51,545 nt of DNA from Macrostomum lignano (lineage: Eukaryota). This document shows, piece by piece, positions 1 to 13,270 of this stretch. The stretch lies in the NCBI GenBank assembly GCA_002269645.1, contig NIVC01001869.1, positions 1 to 51,545 of the forward strand. The letters run 5' to 3'. The stretch's first letter is position 1; every line of letters starts with the position of its first letter. Both the position numbers and the translations under genes were made by a program. The notes below the pieces were generated by a model, which was not told the DNA's origin, made no database searches, and saw only the letters and a list, made by a program, of their open reading frames with translations.

Positions 1-699
1 TTTAGGGTGATTGAGGGTGATTGAGAGTGATTGACTGTGGGTGATTGAGGGTGATTGAGGGTGATTGAGGGTGATTGAGGTGACTGTGGGTGATTGAGGG
101 TGATTTAGGGTGATTGAGGTGATTGAGAGTGATTGAGGGTGATTGAGGTGATTGAGAGTGATTGAGGGGTGATTGAGGGTGACTGTGGGTGATTGAGGGT
201 GATTTAGGGTGATTGAGGTGATTGAGAGTGATTGACTGTGGGTGATTGAAGGTGATTGAGGGTGATTGAGGGTGATTGAGTGATTGAGGGTGATTGAGGG
301 TGACTGTGGGTGATTGAGGTGATTTAGGGTGATTGAGGGTGATTGAGAGTGATTGAGGGTGACTGTGGGTGATTGAGGGTGATTTGGGTGATTGAGGGTG
401 ACTGTGGGTGATCGAGGGTAGACTGCGGGAGACTGGCGGGTGATTGAGGTGATTAGGAGTGACTTTGGTTGATTGAGGGTGGACTGCGAGTGATCGAGGG
501 TGACTGCGGGTGATTGAGGGTGATTAGGAGTGACTTTGGTTGATTGATGGTGATTTAGTGTGATTTAGGGTGATTGAGGGTGACTGCAGGTGATTTAGGG
601 TGATTTAGGGTGATTTAGGGTGATTTAGGGTGATTAAGGGTGATTTAGGGTGATTTAGGGTGATTTAGGGTGACTGTGTTGTTGATTTAGGGTGATTTA
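1..699. repeat. 10-bp G-rich minisatellite (GTGATTGAGG / GTGATTTAGG / GTGACTGTGG variants), truncated by the window edge
   Basis: Visible 10-bp periodicity. The 3' part (about 590-699) is nearly pure TGATTTAGGG. Confidence 0.95.
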
Positions 700-1769
700 A
701 AACTCAATATTTATAACAAGATTCATAAATTGTTATAAATATTGATGTATAAATAAGATTCATACATTCATACAGTACAAAAGAAGAAAAACACACATTA
801 ATAATGGATAAAAGAAGAACTCCGTGCGCTACGCAGAGGACATCCAGTTTCTGGAAGTTTCTGAATCTTTTGCATCTCCCTTTGTACCGCCTACAGCTGT
901 GCACAGATCCATCACGTGTTTTTTTTTTCCATCACGGGTGTTCGGTGTCTGACTGTTGGTACCTGGTAAGGTTCAACGCGATGGTGACAGGTGAATTGAC
1001 AGCTCCCAGCTGAAGGTCCAATCCTTGGTAGCCTCTTGTACAGGTGGCCTAGAAAGTCGAGCTACTGGTAAATTGCTTCGGCAGATCCCAGCCTAGTGCT
1101 AATGATGAGGTCTCGGTTAGCATAGCCTAGGATATCTACAACCAGCTACCATTTTCTTTGGCTGACTCTACTTTGAACTAGAGAAAATTTCAACAATTTT
1201 TTAAAGTTAGTAGAGAAGATGCAAAAAGTTCACTGTTTCGCTTTTTTCAAACTGTTTTTCCAGGAAAATCCATAAACAAACCGATGGGGAAAACTTCAGC
1301 CCAGGAACTTTAACTGATAAGATGAAAATTAGGAACCTCTGTCAGGGTTTTATGGATTATTGCTTTTCGAGGGTAGGGGAGGGGGGGAGAGTCGATTATG
1401 TCCCCATGGGAAATTGAATCTTTGCCGTTGCAACAAACAATACTCGTACAGACAAGAGTGAAGAAACTAAAACTGAAAATTAGGTTTAAAAAAATAGTAG
1501 CCAAAAGTTTATGAAAGCGGCACGTAAACCAAATGAGATGATTAATTAAGAGGCGTCATTTATAGAAGACCGCATTCGCACACTTTTGATTTAATGACCG
1601 CGACTAATCAGGGGGCGCGCGGTAGGAGGGGCGGCGCATCCCGACAGGGACCTTTAAAATATCTGGACTGAAAGGAATAGCCACTGGCCATGAAGTTTGT
1701 TGGGAAATTGAGCAGAAACTGAAAATTGTCTCCTCCGCATATGAGTGGAAGTGCGCTTTTTCATCTGAA

Positions 1770-2125
1770 TGGCGCCATTCCATTTTAGAGGGCGCCATTT
1801 TCACTTTAGGGATACATTTTATTTTAGGGGCGCCATTTCATATTAAGGGGCTCAACTTTATCTTAGGGAGTTGCCATTTCATTTGACCATTTCAGCATCA
1901 GGGGCGCCATTTCAGCATCAGGGGCGCCATTTCAGCTCCAGGGGTGCCGTTTCACAGCTTCAGGGGCGCCAATTCAGCTCCAGGGGCGCTGTTTCAGCTC
2001 AGGGGCGCATTTCAACACCAGGGGCGCCGTTTCAGCACCAGTGGCGGCCATTTCAGCCCAGTGGCGCCATTTCAGCCCAGTGGCGCCATTTCAGCCGCAG
2101 CGGCGCCATTTCAGCCGCAGGGGCC
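1770..2125 (+). repeat. GGCGCC-core dispersed element with an internal ~20-bp tandem array (CCATTTCAGCATCAGGGGCG)
   Basis: Spaced GGCGCCATTT motifs (1770-1850) are followed by the tandem array. The same core occurs at 9437-9652 and, inverted, at 12495-13270. Confidence 0.75.
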
Positions 2126-2699
2126 CAAAAATAGTTAAATAAATAATTATTACAACAGCCTTTGAAGATGCTTCATTGATCATATTTTGGCGTGGCGCGC
2201 CGGGTTACCAGTCCAGATCCCATTATAAAGACGTCCACGAATCGCGGCCATGAGAAATCTGGGCAAGAAAAAGAAAGAAGCGAAAATCCCCTAGAGGAAA
2301 TCGCGGTCCCTCATCTCCTCTTCCTCTCCTCTGCGCCATTTGAGAGGAGACGGGCCGGGCCGCCTGACTCAAGCGGGGACGATCTGATTAAAATTGATGT
2401 CCCAATAACAGGCCTATAGTTACCCAGCCTCCTTCCCACTCCTTACCTATAGGCTCCATCAACTTGAGAGACTTGATCGCTAGTTTTTTTAGTTCAACCA
2501 AAACATCATCATTGCTTGCTCTGCAGTGAGCAGGTTGAAAACCTGTTGTGTGCTGCGGTAACTGCACTGTCTCAATCTCATTGAGTGCGTATCAAGTTTC
2601 TCTGTAAGCAAAATTTATTTAGGCAGTGGATTTCGGTCTCAAATACTATTCTCGCAGCTTTCATTTGCTAATAAAGTCAGCTCTAGTGTGTGAGAGGTG

Positions 2700-3181
<482 letters not shown>

Positions 3182-3540
3182 AAGAAGTGGAAAGAGTCTG
3201 GGAGAGCCTGAAAGATGATGCATACTTAGGAATTATTTGCATTTTCATAATTTTCTGAGAAACAGTCCCGTCTGTCTGGCCCGTCAGTATGGTTTATTGT
3301 CAGAGTTCTGCTGGCGTGCGTGACGAATTCTGTTTTGAAAACAATGTGAAACAATGGCAAAGTAAAAAGAGAAAAATTAAAACTCTGTATAGGAAAAGAT
3401 CAATTGGCATGCGTTGTTCAAATTTGAGTGCAAAGCTGTAAAATCTCTGGGCTGAAAACCGAGAAATCATAAAGTCATAAAAATTTAGACTTGACTTTTT
3501 TAAATCATTGTCTAGTGTGCCCTAGAATTCTAAAACTTTA

Positions 3541-4010
3541 TGATAGAGGGGAGGGTGGACAAAGGACAGAGAGAGGAGAGTAGACAGCGGATAGAGGGGA
3601 GAGTAGACAGCGGATTGAGGGGAGAGTAGACAGCGATAGAAGGGAGGGTAGACAGAGGATTGAGGGGGAGAGTAGACAAGATAGAAGGGGAGGGTAGACA
3701 GAGGATTGAGGGGGAGGGTAGACAAGATAGAAGGGGAGGGTAGACAGCGGATTGAGGGGGAGAGTAGACAGAAGATAGAAGGGGAGGGTAGACAGCGGAA
3801 GGAGGGAAGGGTAGACAGCGGATAGAGGGGAGAGTAGACAGAAGATAGAGAGAAAGGGTAGACAGAAGATAGAAGGGGAGGGTAGACAGCGGATTGAGGG
3901 GGGGAGTAGACAGAAGATAGAAGGGGAGGGAAGACAGAGGATAGAGGTGGAGGGTAGACAGCGGATAGAGGGGGAGGCTAGACAGTATAGAAGCTGGGGA
4001 AAGTAGTTAG
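3541..4010. repeat. Purine-rich ~25-28-bp minisatellite (GGGTAGACAGAAGATAGAAGGGGA-like)
   Basis: Recurrent GTAGACAG..GATAGA..GGGGAG units. Confidence 0.9.
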
Positions 4011-4138
4011 ATAGAGGAGATACAAGTACAGTCCTAGAAAGTGCACCAATATTAGAATTTGCTCTCTGAGCCTAATTACAATCTATTGTGAGCTAATTTT
4101 AATCGTTAAGAGCTCAGAATTAGTTAAAGTGGGCACAT

Positions 4139-4142
<4 letters not shown>

Positions 4143-4230
<88 letters not shown>
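4143..4230. repeat. (GA)n microsatellite
   Basis: Pure dinucleotide run. Confidence 0.98.
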
Positions 4231-4231
<1 letters not shown>

Positions 4232-4807
4232 AATCTATACGTAAAAGCACATTGTGAGCAGCCCACAAGCAGCGGAGACTAGAGTAATAAAAACATGCAA
4301 ATCCGCCTCACTAAGCTTGCTGGTTAATATAATCTTGTGCAAGCCAGTGAAGCATTTACAAAAAAACTGGTCGGCATGCAGACAGACGGGACTGGTGTAA
4401 TTAATAGTTTTTAACGAAATGCTCATTGACATGCTTTTTACTCTCTTTAGCTAGTCAACGTACATACACCGTATGAGACGACTTTACTTGGATGCAGAAG
4501 TAATTCGAATTTCGAATCGGACGGAACCTGGCTGCATCAATCAAATTGTGCTTTTTATTCCATCTGGAACTGCAGCTTGTACAGTACAGTATGGATGCCT
4601 TCCTGTGCTCTCCAGCGGTGTTCTCTTGGTCCAGGCTTTCTTTGAGTAGTCGAACACAGATCGAGAGCATTTCCAGAATTTTAGTGCAGTTATGCCTGCA
4701 TATAAAGAAAACTAATGGGGGACGCAGAGTCCTCTTAGGCGACCAAATTGTGTCTTTGAATCCCGTATGGTGTCAAGATGGGCCTCATCTTTTGTCTCAT
4801 ATTTTCA

Positions 4808-5369
4808 TTTGACATCAATATGTCTTAGTAACGCCAAGATGTGTCTTATGTGACGCCAAGATGTGACTTATGTGACGTCAAGATGTGTCTTATTTGAAGT
4901 TGATATGTGTCTCATTTGAAGTCAGGATCTGTCTCATTTGACGTCAAGCTGTGTCTCATTTGACATCAAGATGTGTCTCATTTGACGTCAAGATGTGTCT
5001 CATTTGACATCAAGATGTTTCTCATTTGACATCAAGATGTTTCTTATTTGACGTCGAGCTGTGTCTCGGTTGACGCCAAGATGTGTCTCGGTTGACTCCA
5101 AGATGTGTCTCGTTTGACGTCATTTGACATCAGGATGTGTCTTAGTTGACATCAAGATGTGTCTTATTTGACATCACGATGTGTCTTATTTGACATCACG
5201 ATGTGTCTTATTTGACATCAAGATGCGTCTTATCTGACATCAGGATGTGTCTCATTCGACATCAAGATGTGTCTCATTTGACGCTAAGATGTGTCTTATT
5301 TGACGCCAAGATGTGTCTTTTTTGACGTCAAGATATGTGTCTTATGTGACATCAAGATGTGTCTTATTT
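4808..5369. repeat. 22-bp minisatellite (TTTGACRTCAAGATGTGTCTYA), about 25 copies
   Basis: Period of 22 (for example 4939, 4961, 4983). Perfect TGACGTCA at 4873, 4939, 4983, 5115 and 5323. Confidence 0.93.
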
Positions 5370-7619
5370 ACAGCCACTGCCACTTACAGCCACTTATACA
5401 CATGCACGCTCACACAGGGTCTACAGCAGCCCTGACTTTCTAATTGCCAGGCTGGCATGTTAGTCTGTCAGTCTGGTTAGTAGGTTTAGTCCGTTAAAAA
5501 AAATTTTTTGCAACCTAGCGTGAACAATGACATGTTGTCAGCTAGTTTTACTTATTTAACTGTCATCAATCAGTCAGTCTGTCACTCATCCATTGTTTGA
5601 CTTCAAGGTGTCAGCCAAGCTTCCTTAGGAGCCTCTGATTTTCTGCAGCGTTGTTTGACACTTGTCCCTTGATGGGATGTGAGTTCAAGGGATTTGGGTT
5701 GCAGTAGTGGGGAGGTATAGCTAGATACAGACTCAGACACTCACTGGCTAGGCTGGGAAGCTGGGAGCATGGGAGATTTGACTGACTGCAGCTTCAATGA
5801 GTCCATTGCATAGCTACACGCATACGAGCCAATGCACGCGGTCTTCAAATCAATTAATCAAGATATTTGGAGGTGGATGGTTGGTGGCCTATGCGGGGCC
5901 AAGGTAGGTTAAGGGTTGGACACACTTCAGGTCTGAGAGGTATAAAACGGCCCCCTCACGTGCGTGACGCCCCGGATTGCCGAGGCCTGCATAGAGACTA
6001 GGCAACTAAGCCTGAGCTGCATAGCCCAGCTATGCGCCATGCAGATGAATAATGAAAACCGTCTGGCCTTCAGCATTGCATAGGGGCAGCCTCTCTGCAG
6101 CCTTCTACCAACCGGCCCTCAGTGCGTCTTGACTTGTCTGACAGCACCTTATAACTCCTTATAGATATAGGCACAGCACGCATGCATAAATTGGCTGATA
6201 AATACTCGTACATTATGAAGCTACGAGCTACATTAGATATCCTCAATTTTTGGCAACAGTAAAGTTAAAATTATATCAATCAATGAATAGATTATAAAAA
6301 AAGAAAATCGATTTTCCAGTCGGCTAGGATTAACTAAAAAGAAAATATTTAGGGCTATGGTTTTAATTTATATTATTAATATTTAATTGCTGATTAAAAT
6401 ATTTATTTGTCAATTTTACAGGTTGTTAATTATTGTGATTTACTGTTATTTACCGTATCTACTTATTGTAAATCATGTACGGGCGCTACACAAGTGCGCA
6501 ATTTTCGTGAAAATCGGTCGAGACATTTTTGCTGAAATCAATCACATATAGAGAATCGTGGACATAAAACTCTTTTTACGGTTCTTATTCATTTATTTTT
6601 TAATTTTTTGTGCCACTGTTCTCCTCTAGTGCATTTATTTTCTTTTATTGTTCTTGATAAATTTCAATATAAAATATATAATTATTTGCTTTTCAGCTCT
6701 AGCTATTTGAAGCTTAGGGTAGTAGTCTAAGCTTTTTAAGTTTTTTGGTTATTTTTACAAAAATTTTATTGATTCGCGTTTGGTTATTTTGTCGTTATCG
6801 ATATTTGTTTATTCTTTCTGTTCTTGTTAAATGAATACTCGTAATAACAAATATATTAACCTATGTATTCTACAAATAAATTTTAATAATAAAACACTGT
6901 TATATTGGACAAGCAATATTATTAAAAACCGTTGCAAACGTCATTTATAAACTAGCTCATACCTAGATATCAAATGGCTATACGAGCGTAGCTACTATTG
7001 TCCTTTATCATGTATCTCCCTGCAAAAATGATTTCGTTTTTTGCAAAAAGACAATCTTGTGAGTACAAATGAATTGATCGGCATGAAAGTTAATCCAGCA
7101 CAAAAATCTACTAGCTAATGGACACAAAGCACTAAACAGGGCGAACAGAAAAGAAACGTTGACAGCAAGCAACAATCATTAACATCTATACGTCTGTCTG
7201 AATGGCCCCAATAAGGAATGATATCGCTTTACATTTGGACAGATGCACTTTAGTATAGCTCGGAAAACAATTGCTTAAAAGTAATTACCTGTTGCATACC
7301 CCAAAAATAAATTCAGATAGTATAAATTTAACTGTTGAAATTGCTATTAAAATATCCTGAGGTGTCAAAGAAACTCAGGGCTACCTCAAAGAAACTTACG
7401 GACACTTCAAAAAAACCCCAGTTGTGTAACTAAACAATCTTTCTTTGAAGTATTGAGCCCCCCCCCCCTTGGCTCAGACTAGAGAGAGAGTTGCGCATGA
7501 CGGTGGCTCAACATACAACGCAGCTCTTAACTCTTAGCAGTGATGTCGGCAAGAAGCTACAAAAAGTCAAAAAAGAAAAGACGGATGCAGAATCAGGTAG
7601 CTGTATGTGCTTGGAGCCA

Positions 7620-7977
7620 GCCAATAGCAGCACGGCAAACCTTGGCCTCCCAATCCCCAATCACCGTTTGCAATGAGCCATGTGTAGTGACCGCCCAGGC
7701 GCAATAGGCTACTGCCCCCTCTAAAATACACCCCCAAAGACGCAAGTCGACCACTCTGAAATCTCATCTCCCGTCTCTCACACTCTCTCTCCTGGTCTAG
7801 CTACCTATAAAATTTCATCCTCATTACCTTTCTGAAGACGAGACGCCACGCGTCGTCTTCTGCCTTTCCTCTTTCCGAGATTCTGATTTGAGAAATCGAA
7901 TAATACGTACATCTAGCGCATTGTTTTAGTCACAAATTTTAGAAGCAAATTGAGCTGCAAAACCTCCGCTTTGGAAG
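7620..7977 (+). promoter_or_regulatory. Putative Pol II promoter plus non-coding first exon, possibly of the L1CAM-like gene
   Basis: CCAAT at 7621, 7650 and 7657, TATAAAA at 7806-7812, and a consensus donor AAG|GTAAGA (GT at 7978-7979). No ORF. Assignment to the L1 gene is inference. Confidence 0.4.
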
Positions 7978-8082
7978 GTAAGAAACTACTTACTGCCTTA
8001 TTCATATTCCAGAATATTGAGCCGGCTTCGTTGAGTGATTTTAGCGTATAAGGACTTGTCGTTTGTCCCCCCCCAGCGAATT

Positions 8083-8674
8083 AACTGAGGGATTCCCCTA
8101 ATTAAACCCCTGTATCAACTGCGGGATTCCTCAAATTAAACCCCTGAATCAACTGAGGGATTCCCCTAATTAAACCCCTGTATCAACTGCGGGATTCCTC
8201 AAATTAAACCCCTGAATCAACTGAGGGATTCCTCTAATTAAACCCCTGAATCAACTGAGGGATTCTACTAATTAAACCCCTCAATCAACTGAGGGATTCC
8301 CCTAATTAAACCCCTGAATCAACTGAGGGATTCCCCTAATTAAACCTGTGAATCAACCGAGGGATTCCCCTAAGTAAACCCTTGAATCAACCGAGGGATT
8401 CCCCTAAGTAAACCCTTGAATCAACCGAGGGATTCCCCTAAGTAAACCCTTGAATCAACTGAGGGATTCCCCTAAGTAAACCCTTGAATCAACCGAGGGA
8501 TTCCCCTAAGTAAACCCTTGAATCAACCGAGGGATTCCCCTAAGTAAACCCTTGAATCAACCGAGGGATTCCCCTAATTAAACTCCTGAATCAACTGAGG
8601 GATTCCCCTAATTAAACCTGTGAATCAACCGAGGGATTCCCCTAAGTAAACCCTTGAATCAACCGAGGATTCCC
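8083..8674. repeat. 34-bp minisatellite (AACTGAGGGATTCCCCTAATTAAACCCCTGAATC), about 17 copies
   Basis: Period of 34 (8083, 8117, ...). Confidence 0.95.
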
Positions 8675-9436
8675 AAAAGTCATGGATCTGGTGTGAAATT
8701 ATTCGAATCAAAGCCGGGATAAAATTAACCGATTACTTTGCAGTCAATTAATACCCGCCTAGTAAAAAATCGATATATTTACGCTCGTATTTACGTAGAA
8801 AACACGGCTTCACGGTTAAAATAGACAAAACTACTTCTCAAACTGTCAACCCTATCATACTGACCTCAATCTAGCGAATTTCGACAGAAAAATCAATTTT
8901 TTTTCACGAAAACTATAGTTCTACGTGTTAGTATATATATATATATATAAGATATACATACAAATATTTATACTCAGCACCCTCCCTGGAAACCAGTTTA
9001 CTCCACTTAGTAAATTCAATTTCCAAAGTTAAAGAAGATAGATAGAGTCAGATAAGGATGGCTAGATAGCTAGATAGTTGCCCCTATAACAGCAAGTGGG
9101 CTCCGGCGTGTTAGTTAACTGAAAATGCCACTTCCTCCCTTTTCTCAAATACGTTCCTCTTTCCGCGACGACCGAAGTTCCTGAGATTTCCTAGCCCCCT
9201 ACTCAGGCTGGAGAGAAAGCTTCTCAACTGACAATTGGTTTAAGCCCTGGCGGTGGCTGTAGTTGTATATCCTCAAATTCTATAGATATATGGATGCGCG
9301 GCATCTTTCTGCTGAAAAACTTTGCTGGATTTTTCCCCGTGACTCCCGCCAGGCAATGCAATGCCCAGGTATTGTTTTGCTTTTTAAATCTTCCCAAATT
9401 AAGTATTCCCAATAAGGGTGAGGAGAAAGGGTGTCC

Positions 9437-9652
9437 GGGGCGTAGCCAGGATTTTTTTGTTTCGTGGGGGCGCCATCATGGAGGCGCCATTGTGGGGCGC
9501 CATCGTGGTGGCGCCATAGTGGGGATGACATCGTGAAGGCGCCAAGCAAAAGCACCAGAGGGCGCCAAGCACCAGAGGGCGCCAAGCACCAGAGGGCGCC
9601 GAGCACCAGAGGGCGCCAAGCACCAGAGGGCGCCGAGCACCAAGTTGCGCCA
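9437..9652 (+). repeat. GGCGCC-core element with an ~18-bp tandem array (AGCACCAGAGGGCGCCA), starting GGGGCGTAGCCAGG; MITE-like
   Basis: Shares its core with 1770-2125 and 12495-13270. The superfamily cannot be assigned from sequence alone. Confidence 0.65.
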
Positions 9653-10118
9653 CAAGTTTAGCAAGGAAATTTAATCCAAATGACGGCCAGTCAAACCTCG
9701 GCCACTTTTCACTTTACCTCAGTCCTCAAAACAAACCCCCTTCATCTTGTCCAACGCATTAGCATCGCCGCACATTAGAGCGATGACGTAATAACGCCGA
9801 TTTCAACTCAACGCCTTTAAGTGAGAGAGTTGGACAGGGAATAAGAAGCAATATAAATTGTGAGGGAGAATCTCTCCTAAATCTACTTGTGAAGCCTTAT
9901 AACTAAATATTTTTTCCTTTAAAGCTTTCTTCTGCTTTCGTGAAATACTCTAACGACAACTTTTATTAAAACACATTAGCTTGATTAGCTGGGAACAGAT
10001 GGAGTACAGATAATGCGCCTTTACTACATTTTACCTAGATTGAGCACTCTCTGAACTGTGTTAAAATATCTAATTTACTCGTTGACTTCTTGAGGATTTT
10101 TTTTACCAACTTAACCCG

Positions 10119-10652
10119 TCTAGTATTTCTTAGAAATGTCATCGATCCTGTATTTCTTAGAGATGCTACTACGCTCGTAGTTAGAGTATTTATTAAAAAT
10201 TCAGTTGTCAAGCATTTCCTAGAAAACTCATCTAGCAATTCTTAGAAACTTCACAACCAACAAATTCTTAGAAGTTTCACTAGTCTAGCATTTCTTAGAA
10301 ATGTAACTAATCTAGTATTTCTTAGAAATGTCACTAGTCTAGCATTTCTTAGAAATTTCACCAGTCTAGTATTTCTTAGAAATGTCACTAGTCTAGCATT
10401 TCTTAGAAATGTCACTAGTCTAGCATTTCTTAGAAAAGTCACTAGTTTAGTATTTCTTAGAAATGTCACTAGTCTAGCATTTCTTAGAAATGTCACTAGT
10501 CTAGCATTTCTTAGAAAAGTCACTAGTCTAGCATTTCTTAGAAATGTCACTAGTCTAGCATTTCTTAGAAATGTCACTAGTCTAGCATTTCTTAGAAATG
10601 CCACTAGTCTCGCATTTCTTAGAAATGTCACTAGTCTAGCATTTCTTAGAAA
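10119..10652. repeat. 27-bp minisatellite (TCACTAGTCTAGCATTTCTTAGAAATG), about 14 regular copies plus degenerate ones
   Basis: The 27-bp period matches the 9-aa repeat in the spurious ORF 10251-10631. Confidence 0.93.
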
Positions 10653-11147
10653 TCACTCCTAAAAATGCCTGGCACTTCTACTGCAAAGAAAATTCTAAAA
10701 TCACATTTTAAAACAGCCTCAAATCGAAGCCTCATACACGACTCACGCGCTTCAGCTTAGCTCAAAAACCAATTCAGGCAGTCAGAACGGGAAGCCAATC
10801 CCCCCAACAAATCATCCAGGTCAGCAGAGAGGTGAGACTCAGCTCACAGCTGTTGCTAAGGAGGTCGCGGTGGACAGGAAAAAATTCTACAGCATTCAGA
10901 TGAGTCCACTCAGGCTCTCAGCTGAGCAGAATAGCCGTTGTTGCAGTTTCCTGGCAAAATGGAGAAAGCTGTATTAAAAAACTGGATTTACAGGGCTTGG
11001 TAATGGGGATGAGGTTTTGCAACAGCAGGTCACTGCAGCTTAAAAGTCACTGAGAGGCTGCTGAGAGCAGGGGAACTCAACTGTGCTTCCTTGTTGCAGA
11101 AATTGCATTCCACTTCAGGGTGAGACAGGTGGAGAAGAAGGAGATGG

Positions 11148-11929
<782 letters not shown>

Positions 11930-12494
11930 TACCAGCGCAAATAACCACACGTCATCACCAAGAGCAAGCACCCCATGGCGGACCTCCCGCAGTCACTCAG
12001 AATTGAATATGGGAAATCAAGTCAAGCCAATAAAACGCTCATTATTTGCCTGGACTCACTGTGACTCCTGCTGACTCCACGATCATCTGTCCATCTCAGA
12101 CATCCATTCTCAGTCAGTCTGGCAGCACGCGAAACGGCCCCAACCCCCTCCACAATCCTCTGCAAAAATGGTTATGCAAGCAATTTTGTCAAAGAAAGAG
12201 CTTCACTGCGTGCCACGTCATCAAGAAGGAGGCTGGGAGTTTGGCTGAGTAAAGGAATTCCTCCCAGTATGCGGTTTTTATCACTTCTCTCCAATCTTTT
12301 CCCGTGATGACAGTCTGGCAGTTAATCTCATATATGCATACTAATCCGCTCTGGCTTCTGGTCAACTTCAGCTGGTCAGGTATAAGGTCTAATCCGGAGC
12401 GTGGCCATAATCTGCCAGGTAGCATCTTTTGGCTAATTAATATGAGTCAACATTTTCTGCTTCGTCCTCAATGCAGCTAGCGGGCGCGGGCGGG

Positions 12495-13270
12495 CGTATA
12501 GCCAATGTGGAAGGTGGCTGCGGCCCCACCTACCCCCTACCCCCACAATAGGCTGGCAAAGGGAATGGCGCCCCTTGGTGCTGGCGCCCCTTGGTGCTGG
12601 CGCCCCTTGGTGCTGGCGCCCCTTGGTGCTGGCGCCCCTTGGTGCTGGCGCCCCTTGGTGCTGGCGCCCCTTGGTGCTGGTGCCCCTTGGTGCTGGCGCC
12701 CCTTGGTGCTAAAGCCCCTTGGTGCTAAAGCCCCTTGGTGCTAAAGCCCCTTGGTGCTAAAGCCCCTTGGTGCTAAAGCCCCTTGGTGCTAAAGCCCCTT
12801 GGTGCTAAAGCCCCTTGGTGCTGGCGCCCCTTGGTGCTAAAGCCCCTTGGTGCTAAAGCCCCTTGGTGCTGGCGCCCCTTGGTGCTAAAGCCCCTTGGTG
12901 CTGGCGCCCCTTGGTGCTGGCGCCCCTTGGTGCTAAAGCCCCTTGGTGCTGGCGCCCCTTGGTGCTGGCGCCCCTTGGTGCTAAAGCCCCTTGGTGCTAA
13001 AGCCCCTTGGTGCTAAAGCCCCTTGGTGCTAAAGCCCCTTGGTGCTAAAGCCCCTTGGTGCTGGCGCCCCTTGGTGCTAAAGCCCCTTGGTGCTTCCTTA
13101 AAATGGCGCCTCTTGTCCCTAAAAATGCGCCTTCCCCTAAAATGGCGCTCCTCCCTTAAAAATGGCGCCCATACCCTATAATGGTGCCCTTTCCCTAAAA
13201 TGGGCCCGCTTTCTCTAAAATGGCGCTTCTCCCTTAAAGTGACGCTTCTCCCCTAAAATAACGCCCCTCC
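12495..13270 (-). repeat. GGCGCC-core element (inverted copy) with a 16-bp tandem array (GGCGCCCCTTGGTGCT / AAAGCCCCTTGGTGCT, 12567-13094) and spaced AAAATGGCG motifs
   Basis: The reverse complement of the unit, AGCACCAAGGGGCGCC, matches the cores at 1.9 kb and 9.5 kb. The left end reads GGGCGTATAGCC. Confidence 0.75.

Noticed and set aside
1-699. True telomere
   Set aside because: The period is 10, not 6, and the G-rich strand points into the contig rather than toward an end.
4455-4700. Minus-strand ORF with a good acceptor (TTTTCTTTATATGCAG) and a CxxC-like stretch (YCTSCSSRWNKKHNL)
   Set aside because: No recognisable domain, no convincing partner exons, and the zinc-ligand set is incomplete.
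5600-6160. GC-richer block with TATAAAA that might be an LTR or element relic
   Set aside because: No second copy, TG..CA ends, TSD or coding homology is visible.
8083-8674. 34-bp and 32-bp arrays with CRISPR-like unit lengths (also 18007-19522)
   Set aside because: Units are head-to-tail with no unique spacers, there are no cas genes, and the context is eukaryotic.
12189-12480. ORF with IPD...YEI...KTAY resembling a restriction-like endonuclease of R2-type retrotransposons
   Set aside because: The motif spacing is poor and there is no intact CCHC knuckle or RT. It would need an HMM search.
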